A stretch of DNA of 32,000 bases, from the NCBI GenBank assembly GCA_013360945.1, contig JABWAQ010000004.1:2891-34890 (forward strand), read 5' to 3'. The notes beneath the pieces were generated by a model. The model saw only the letters and a program-made list of their open reading frames with translations, was not told the origin of the DNA and made no database searches. This document shows positions 26,099 through 32,000 of this stretch, in pieces. The position numbers and the translations under genes are program-made. The DNA comes from Candidatus Brocadia sp. (GTDB lineage Bacteria > Planctomycetota > Brocadiia > Brocadiales > Brocadiaceae). Within the stretch, counting starts at the first letter, position 1, and each line of letters starts with the position of its first letter.

Positions 26099-27190
26099 TT
26101 ATTTTTCACCCTTTTTAGAAACGGATTCTGTCTTCGTTTTTTCGGAAGCCTTCTCCGGGGTTTTTTCTGAGGCCATTTCCGGTTTGATCTTTTTCAGGAT
26201 AGATTGCTCAAGTTCCCTCATTAATTCCGGTTTCCCCTCGATGAACTGCCTGGAATTTTCCCTTCCCTGCCCCAGTCGGATTTCGCCATAAGAAAACCAG
26301 GTGCCGGACTTATCAATGATTTGGTGTTCGACCCCAAGGTCAATGATGTCGCCTCCACGCGATATGCCCGTGTTATACAGGATATCAAACTCCGCCTTCT
26401 TAAAAGGCGCTGCAACCTTATTTTTGGCAATGGTCGCACGGACCCGGTTTCCAATAGTCACTTCACCGTCTTTTATGCTGCCAATCCTCCGGATATCGAT
26501 GCGCACCGAGGCATAGAATTTGAGCGCCCTGCCACCCGGGGTTGTTTCCGGATTTCCTCCATACATTACCCCGATCTTTTCACGAATCTGGTTGATAAAA
26601 ATCACACTGGTCTGGGATTTTGAAATGCAACCCGTTAACTTGCGCAGGGCCTGCGACATCAATCTGGCTTGCAATCCTACATGCGCATCGCCCATTTCGC
26701 CCTCAATCTCTGCGCGAGGAACCAGCGCTGCCACGGAATCGATCGCAATGATATCTACGGCATTGCTCCTTACCAGCAGTTCTGCAATCTCGAGCGCCTG
26801 TTCTCCGGTATCGGGCTGGTTGACCATGAGATTATTTAAATCTACCCCTAATTTTTTAGCATAGTCAGGGTCAAGGGCGTGTTCCGCATCAATAAAGGCT
26901 GCCATACCACCCGCTTTTTGGGCGTTAGCGATAATATGAAGAGTCAACGTGGTTTTACCCGAAGATTCCGGGCCAAATATCTCGATGACTCTTCCGCGGG
27001 GGATGCCCCCTACGCCAAGCGCAAGATCCAGGGACAATGCCCCGGTCGGGATGGTAGGAACGTCTACCTTCGTCTCGCCGCCCAGCTTCATGATCGTTCC
27101 TTTCCCGTACTGTTTCTCGATCTGCGAGATCGCCCTTTCCAGGGCTTGCTGCCGCTTTTCCTTATCTGCCTCCTCTGGTTTGAATACCAT
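26099..27190 (-). CDS. recA: recombinase RecA
   Basis: GPESSGKTT (Walker A), [31 protein letters not shown]. Confidence 0.97.
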   Translation of the reverse strand: MVFKPEEADKEKRQQALERAISQIEKQYGKGTIMKLGGETKVDVPTIPTGALSLDLALGVGGIPRGRVIEIFGPESSGKTTLTLHIIANAQKAGGMAAFIDAEHALDPDYAKKLGVDLNNLMVNQPDTGEQALEIAELLVRSNAVDIIAIDSVAALVPRAEIEGEMGDAHVGLQARLMSQALRKLTGCISKSQTSVIFINQIREKIGVMYGGNPETTPGGRALKFYASVRIDIRRIGSIKDGEVTIGNRVRATIAKNKVAAPFKKAEFDILYNTGISRGGDIIDLGVEHQIIDKSGTWFSYGEIRLGQGRENSRQFIEGKPELMRELEQSILKKIKPEMASEKTPEKASEKTKTESVSKKGEK

Positions 27191-27217
27191 AATTCACCCA
27201 CACAAAATTGACATCTA

Positions 27218-27781
27218 TTAAACTAAATCAACACCGTGTAATTTCGTATATATGGGGCCCTCCGGTGAAAGGTCGCTCTTCATCAAAGCTACCTGCATTA
27301 CACGTTCTGAACCAAAATCAAACCCATTGTACGAATTCAGATGCTCTATAAGCCTTCTTACATTTCTGCGCGTTTTTATACGCCCTACGGTCAGGTGAGC
27401 TTCGAATTTACGATCCTCATGTTCCACGCCCACTGCCATTAACTGATTGTCCAGCCTTTCATGGATTTTTGCCAGAACTCCGCCGGTATCTATCACATCG
27501 GCAAAAATAACCCGTGGATTTTTCTCCGTTGGGAAAGTACCCACCCCTGCATAACGGAGATCAAACGGTTTTATATGGGTCAAAGCATCTTTTATTATGC
27601 CGGTAACTGTCTCAATTTTTTCTTCGTCAATATGACCAATAAACTTTAAAGTAATATGAAGATTTTCAGGGGCTACCCAACCTACGTCTGCATCCACCTT
27701 TTTAAGCTCATCTTGAAACTCTGCTAATTTTTTTCGAATTTCCCCGGTAATTTCGACAGCAACAAAGATCCTTACGTTCAT
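27218..27781 (-). CDS. thpR: RNA 2',3'-cyclic phosphodiesterase (2H family, LigT/ThpR)
   Basis: Two HxT motifs, HITLKF and HLTVGR. 187 aa, immediately upstream of recA. Confidence 0.85.
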   Translation of the reverse strand: MNVRIFVAVEITGEIRKKLAEFQDELKKVDADVGWVAPENLHITLKFIGHIDEEKIETVTGIIKDALTHIKPFDLRYAGVGTFPTEKNPRVIFADVIDTGGVLAKIHERLDNQLMAVGVEHEDRKFEAHLTVGRIKTRRNVRRLIEHLNSYNGFDFGSERVMQVALMKSDLSPEGPIYTKLHGVDLV

Positions 27782-27892
27782 GATATAAGTAATCCTGGCA
27801 GATCAAAAAGCACGAAACCGCAGACTACACCGATGATACAGATAATAGGATAAAAACCTGAGAAACCTGCAGAATCTATGGTTCTTTTGAAA

Positions 27893-29230
27893 TCAAAACC
27901 TAACTGCCGCTGACGTTTCACACAGATTTTTTATGGTGTAGTCGAGCCTTTTTAGAGTCTTTTCTTTTCCCAAAAGCTCCATAGTTTCAAAAATACCGGC
28001 GCTCACACTCTTTCCCGTAATAGCTACCCTCATGGGCTGTGCAAGTTTGGAAAATCCAACGCCAAGCCTTTCAGTCAAAGTCCGCAGGGAGTCTTCTAAC
28101 GTTTTTTTATCAAAAGTGTCTGCCTGGGAAATAGCAGAATTCACCTCTTTTAATAATTCACAGACCCCTTCCTTTTTGAGGAATTTATTTATAGCAGCCT
28201 GATCGTATTCAATCACATCAACAAAGAAAAATCTTGTCTGGTTAAGCAAATCCTGAAAGGTCTTGAACCGTTCATGATACAGTTTCACGAAATCGAACAA
28301 CCACTGTGGAGTGATTCCTGTCATATCAATACCCGATTTTTCAAAAAAACCCTTAACTTCTGGTGTTAATTGTTCTACGGGGGTATTTTTGATATATTGG
28401 CCGTTCATCCAGTCCAGTTTTATATTGTTGAATTGCGCGCTCGTCTTATTTGCGCGTTTTAAGGTAAACTTCTCAATCATCTCCGGAATCGATATGATCT
28501 CCTGGTCGTTTCCGGGTGACCACCCCAGCAGTGCAAGGAAATTTACCAGGGCATGCGGCAAATAGCCCTTATCCCGATATTCAGTAACAGAAGTTGCCCC
28601 ATGACGTTTGCTTAACCTCGACCCGTCTTCCCCAAGGATCATGGGGATGTGGGCAAATTCCGGCGCTTTAAATCCGAATGCCTTGTAAAGGGCGATCTGT
28701 TTGGGGGTATTCGATATGTGGTCGTCTCCCCGGACAATATGGGTAATCCCCATCCCGGCATCATCCACGACACAGGCAAAATTATAGGTTGGAAAGCCGT
28801 CTGCCTTCAGTAAGACAAAATCTTCGATGAGGGATGTATCAAAGGTAATGGCGCCGTGAATGAGGTCGTTGATCTCCGTCACCCCATCCTGCATCTTAAA
28901 GCGGATTGCCTTACGTCCTTCTGCATCGGTATCATAAAATGCCTTCCCCTGCTCCACCAATTTCTCTGCATACTGCTTATAAACGGGCAAACGCTGGCTT
29001 TGGAAATATGGACCTTCATCCCAGTCTAACCCCAGCCACTTCATGCTGTCGAGGATGGCCTGTGTGGCCTCTTTGGTGGAACGCTGCTGATCGGTATCTT
29101 CTATGCGTAAGAGAAAAACACCCTTATTATGCCGTGCAAAAAGCCAGTTAAAAAGCGCCGTCCGTGCCCCTCCGATATGGAGATAACCCGTAGGACTGGG
29201 CGCAAAACGAACCTTAACGTGAGAGCTCAC
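27893..29230 (-). CDS. gltX: glutamate--tRNA ligase
   Basis: VRFAPSPTGYLHIGGARTALFNW (HIGH) and LSKRHG (KMSKS-type). Start placed at GTG 29230, preceded by AAGGAAGAAGG; the track's TTG 29257 adds 9 aa that are atypical for this family. Confidence 0.92.
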   Translation of the reverse strand: MSSHVKVRFAPSPTGYLHIGGARTALFNWLFARHNKGVFLLRIEDTDQQRSTKEATQAILDSMKWLGLDWDEGPYFQSQRLPVYKQYAEKLVEQGKAFYDTDAEGRKAIRFKMQDGVTEINDLIHGAITFDTSLIEDFVLLKADGFPTYNFACVVDDAGMGITHIVRGDDHISNTPKQIALYKAFGFKAPEFAHIPMILGEDGSRLSKRHGATSVTEYRDKGYLPHALVNFLALLGWSPGNDQEIISIPEMIEKFTLKRANKTSAQFNNIKLDWMNGQYIKNTPVEQLTPEVKGFFEKSGIDMTGITPQWLFDFVKLYHERFKTFQDLLNQTRFFFVDVIEYDQAAINKFLKKEGVCELLKEVNSAISQADTFDKKTLEDSLRTLTERLGVGFSKLAQPMRVAITGKSVSAGIFETMELLGKEKTLKRLDYTIKNLCETSAAVRF

Positions 29231-29393
29231 ACCTTCTTCCTTAATGATAAAATTCAATAAAATTTATAAAACAATATGATAACGAATCCGGAATAAAAGT
29301 GTCAAGCGATTTATTGGCTGGTGACAAACGGTTGGGCAAGAACTGTTTGAAGATTTTGTAAGGTAATACAGCAAATGTATGTTAACGTCTCCA

Positions 29394-29536
29394 TTATAGT
29401 CTTACCGCATAAGATCTTTCTTTTTTTGCAGATTTTTTACAACCCACTTCACCCCTTTTTCGTTCGACTAAGCTCACGACGAAGTCTAAGGGGGATTTGG
29501 TTGCGGTTGTGCTGCATTTTGATTTCTGTAGTTTAT
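29394..29536 (+). repeat. dispersed intergenic repeat, copy B
   Basis: ttatagtcttaccgcataagatctttctttttttgcagattttttacaacccacttcacccctt ... aagggggatttggttgcggttgtgctgc aligns by eye with 31816-31934. Relative to that copy, B carries an insertion of about 25 nt between the cccctt and aagggg arms. Confidence 0.55.
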
Positions 29537-29648
29537 GGGGACAGATTCGTCCCGTATACGCCAGAAGGCAGGAGGGCACACAAAGGCATGTGTTTGTGGT
29601 AATGCTTGCGTACCCGACGTTTCTGTGATGTGCGCCGGACTATTGCAA

Positions 29649-30656
29649 TTACAACAGCTTCTCCGCAATCTGAATGGCATTCAGGGCGGCGCCCTTTCTC
29701 ACATTATCGCTCACGATCCACATATTGATGCCATTATCGATAGATTCGTCTTCGCGGATACGTCCGACAAACACTTCATCTCTCCCCGCTGCCGCGGTGG
29801 CTAGCGGATACAATTGATTGGCAGGGTCATCCACCAATTTAACGCCCGGCGCCGCTGAAAGGAGCTTTTTTACCTCTGCAGCGGTAATCTTTTTCTCTGT
29901 TTCTACGTTTACCGACTCACTATGGCCGCGAATAACGGGTACCCGGACGGTAGTTGCTGTCACCCTGATGTTATGATCACCCATGATTTTCCTGGTTTCG
30001 TTCACCATCTTCACCTCTTCGGATGTGTATCCATTAGGGAGAAATGCATCGTTTTGAGGGATCTGAGGCAATACATTAAACGCAATCTGATGGGGAAACA
30101 AATTTCTTTTGAAATCTCCCTTGCCACCAAGAATACTTGCAGTCTCCCTTTGAAGCTCGTCAACAGCCTTAAGCCCTGCACCGGACACTGCCTGGTATGT
30201 TGACACAACAATTCTTTTTATCCTGGCAACATCATGAATCGGTTTTAAGGCAACCACCATCTGGATCGTGGAACAATTGGGATTGGCTATTACACCATGA
30301 TGCTTAACAATGTCGTGTGGATTTACCTCCGGCACAACAAGGGGCACGTCGTCATCCATCCGAAAGGCGCTGGAATTATCCACACAAATAGCCCCACTCT
30401 CAAGGGCATAAGGCACATACTCCCTGCTGATGCTTGCTCCCGCACTAAAAAGGGCGATCTTTATCCCTTGAAACGAATGCTTCGTTAATTCCTGCACGGT
30501 ATAATCAACTCCACAAAACCGTATCTTTTTCCCGGCAGAACGTTTGGAAGCCAATAATCTCAATTCCTTTAAAGGAAACTTTCTGCTTTCCAGTATTTTC
30601 AGAAATTCCTCACCTACTGCGCCCGTTGCACCCACCACCGCCACATTTACCGCCAT
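29649..30656 (-). CDS. asd: aspartate-semialdehyde dehydrogenase
   Basis: VGATGAVG, NPNCSTIQM (active-site Cys), RVPVIRGHSESV. Confidence 0.95.
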   Translation of the reverse strand: MAVNVAVVGATGAVGEEFLKILESRKFPLKELRLLASKRSAGKKIRFCGVDYTVQELTKHSFQGIKIALFSAGASISREYVPYALESGAICVDNSSAFRMDDDVPLVVPEVNPHDIVKHHGVIANPNCSTIQMVVALKPIHDVARIKRIVVSTYQAVSGAGLKAVDELQRETASILGGKGDFKRNLFPHQIAFNVLPQIPQNDAFLPNGYTSEEVKMVNETRKIMGDHNIRVTATTVRVPVIRGHSESVNVETEKKITAAEVKKLLSAAPGVKLVDDPANQLYPLATAAAGRDEVFVGRIREDESIDNGINMWIVSDNVRKGAALNAIQIAEKLL

Positions 30657-30698
30657 CTCTCTAAAAAACTCCTTTCGTTACTCCTTGGTTTCTCATAT

Positions 30699-31658
30699 TT
30701 ATTTTATACGTATTAAAACATCATCCTGAATTGTCTTTTCTTTTTTAACCAGGGCTATCTGGGCTAAAAAGCGCTGTGCGTCACTATAATAACCTGCCGT
30801 CGGTTTTAAACCAGGTATAGATTGAAGCCAATATTGATTTTCCAACCGCATGAACAACTCGCGAAGATACTTACTAAACATCGATGCAAGGGCCACCGCC
30901 ATGCACATCTCTTCACCTTTTTCAACAAAGGATATCTCCATCTGCTTATTTGCCGCTTTCACTTCATACGTTGAAATCCTGGCAGATTCCTCCAAAACCC
31001 TTATCTCCACAAAAGACAATTGATTCTTCAACAGACCGGCGTAAGTGTTTCTCCCGCCCTGCTTGTCAACGATCAAACGTACATGACCGTTATATAAATT
31101 CCACAACCTGGAGATAAGCGCTGCGCAATTGTTAAATAAGACGACCGATTTATTCCCTGAAAATCTTACCTGTTCATTAAATTCCCGAACATGCACAACA
31201 CAACTGCTTGAATAAGAAAACCGCACACCTTGCTTATTCAGGGTATATTGTAATAAATCTGTGTAATTCAAGATAGCGGCAACGTTCGTGGCCAAGGGCA
31301 ATGGATAATCCTTCCCGGCATACCACGGATACCCTGCAAGGGTCTCTCTGTCATAGCACGACAAGCTGTCCAGGAGTTGACAAAAGGATAAGATGTTTAA
31401 ACCCTTTGACCGTAATAATGAAAGGACACCGTCTTCCAACGGTTTTAAGCCGGTGTGTGCGTTGTATAATTTTTTACTATCACGAACGACGAGTCGCTGT
31501 TTCCTGGTTTTAAACTCAAGGGAAATGGCATCCTTCAATAGCTCCCATAAGGAATGGTGCGCCTTTTCATCCGGCACATCAAAGGCAACAATGGTAACCA
31601 CCATCGGACCAAGCACAGGGCCGTAACCAGCCTCGTCTATACCAGCTATTATTGCCAT
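30699..31658 (-). CDS. divergent type-2 RNase H (RNase HII-like) family protein
   Basis: IAGIDEAGYGPVLGPMVV (RNase HII DEAG motif), VRDSKKL, and late ...AVALASMFSKYLRE...PTAGYYSDA. It is about 120 aa longer than a normal RNase HII. Start taken at ATG 31658; the track uses TTG 31682. Confidence 0.55.
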   Translation of the reverse strand: MAIIAGIDEAGYGPVLGPMVVTIVAFDVPDEKAHHSLWELLKDAISLEFKTRKQRLVVRDSKKLYNAHTGLKPLEDGVLSLLRSKGLNILSFCQLLDSLSCYDRETLAGYPWYAGKDYPLPLATNVAAILNYTDLLQYTLNKQGVRFSYSSSCVVHVREFNEQVRFSGNKSVVLFNNCAALISRLWNLYNGHVRLIVDKQGGRNTYAGLLKNQLSFVEIRVLEESARISTYEVKAANKQMEISFVEKGEEMCMAVALASMFSKYLRELFMRLENQYWLQSIPGLKPTAGYYSDAQRFLAQIALVKKEKTIQDDVLIRIK

Positions 31659-31768
31659 AATACATTGTCTTAAAAGATACAATTATATTGCTTTATAAGC
31701 AAAAGTCAAACGAAACTACCTCGTAACGTTATCGTCCTGCAATGGCGGTAGCAATTGTTTCATTTTCC

Positions 31769-31797
31769 TTGACAATACTTTCAGGAAAAAATATAAT
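31769..31797 (+). promoter_or_regulatory. perfect-consensus sigma70-type promoter facing right
   Basis: TTGACA (31769-31774), exactly 17 nt, then TATAAT (31792-31797). No annotated + strand gene lies downstream within the window. Confidence 0.5.
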
Positions 31798-31815
31798 TTT
31801 CTTCGACGTGCAGGG

Positions 31816-31934
31816 TTATAGTATTACCATGCAAAACCTTTCTTTTTTGCAAGTTTTTTTGCCCCCCCCTTCGCCCCCCTTGATAGGGAGGAATTGGCTG
31901 CGGCGGTAGCCGCGCTAGGGATAGATAGTTTGAT
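31816..31934 (+). repeat. dispersed intergenic repeat, copy C
   Basis: ttatagtattaccatgcaaaacctttcttttttgcaagtttttttgcccccccttcgcccccctt gat agggaggaattggctgcggcggtagccgcgc. See copy B. Confidence 0.55.
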
Positions 31935-31938
31935 TATG

Positions 31939-31964
31939 ACGAGGCCTGGGCCTCGTTAATTTTT
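31939..31964 (+). terminator. intrinsic-terminator-like hairpin (+ strand orientation)
   Basis: acgaggcc tg ggcctcgt (8-bp GC-rich palindromic stem, 31939-31956) followed by taattttt. The minus-strand reading has no T tract. Confidence 0.5.
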
Positions 31965-32000
31965 GGAAATGTGATGATGCGGATACTCAGGACATGGGAA

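Noticed and set aside
1-32000. Scan for tRNA, rRNA, tmRNA, CRISPR arrays, transposase or integrase genes
   Set aside because: I saw no T-loop/acceptor signatures (GGTTCGAATCC-like), no regularly spaced direct repeats and no ORF with recombinase or transposase motifs. Absence was judged by eye only, so it should be confirmed with tRNAscan-SE, Infernal and ISfinder.

Overview
32-kb bacterial window with no rRNA, tRNA or CRISPR array that I could see. It splits near nt 11,980 into two compositionally different parts. My spot counts on single 60-nt lines give 27% GC at 361-420 and 23% at 9301-9360, against 47% at 13021-13080 and 52% at 15541-15600. LEFT (1-11,977; every credible gene on the + strand; AT-rich) is an accessory conflict island. 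It holds: (i) a tightly coupled three-gene unit cut by the left edge, ending in an 809-aa Rad50/SMC/RloC-like ABC ATPase with a CxxC hook in its coiled coil and a HEPN-like plus zinc-ribbon tail; (ii) an HTH-Panacea (DUF4065) antitoxin with a RelE-fold toxin; (iii) decayed toxin-antitoxin cassettes, namely a RhuM-Fic/Doc gene with an internal deletion, and an MNT antitoxin next to a HEPN toxin that has lost its catalytic His and is fused in frame to an antitoxin tail and half a PIN domain, with diverged duplicated coding remnants between cassettes; (iv) a small GIY-YIG protein; (v) a 1601-aa polypeptide combining a DEDDh 3'-5' exonuclease, a RecQ-type helicase core and a UvrD/Rep-type helicase. 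RIGHT (12.0-31.7 kb) is core housekeeping: pepF (+), then on the - strand rmuC, glmS, lpxD, fabF-acpP-fabD-fabH-plsX-rpmF (no fabG), alaS-recA-thpR, gltX, asd and a divergent RNase HII-like gene. Intergenic regions carry a short dispersed repeat family (2 clear copies plus 1 weak), a 163-bp unit bounded by perfect 12-bp inverted repeats, and a perfect TTGACA-17-TATAAT promoter followed by a terminator-like hairpin. All family calls come from motif recognition by eye; no database search or structure prediction was possible. The best candidates for something undescribed are the exonuclease-RecQ-UvrD giant (7172-11977) and the edge-truncated hook-ATPase operon (1-2783).
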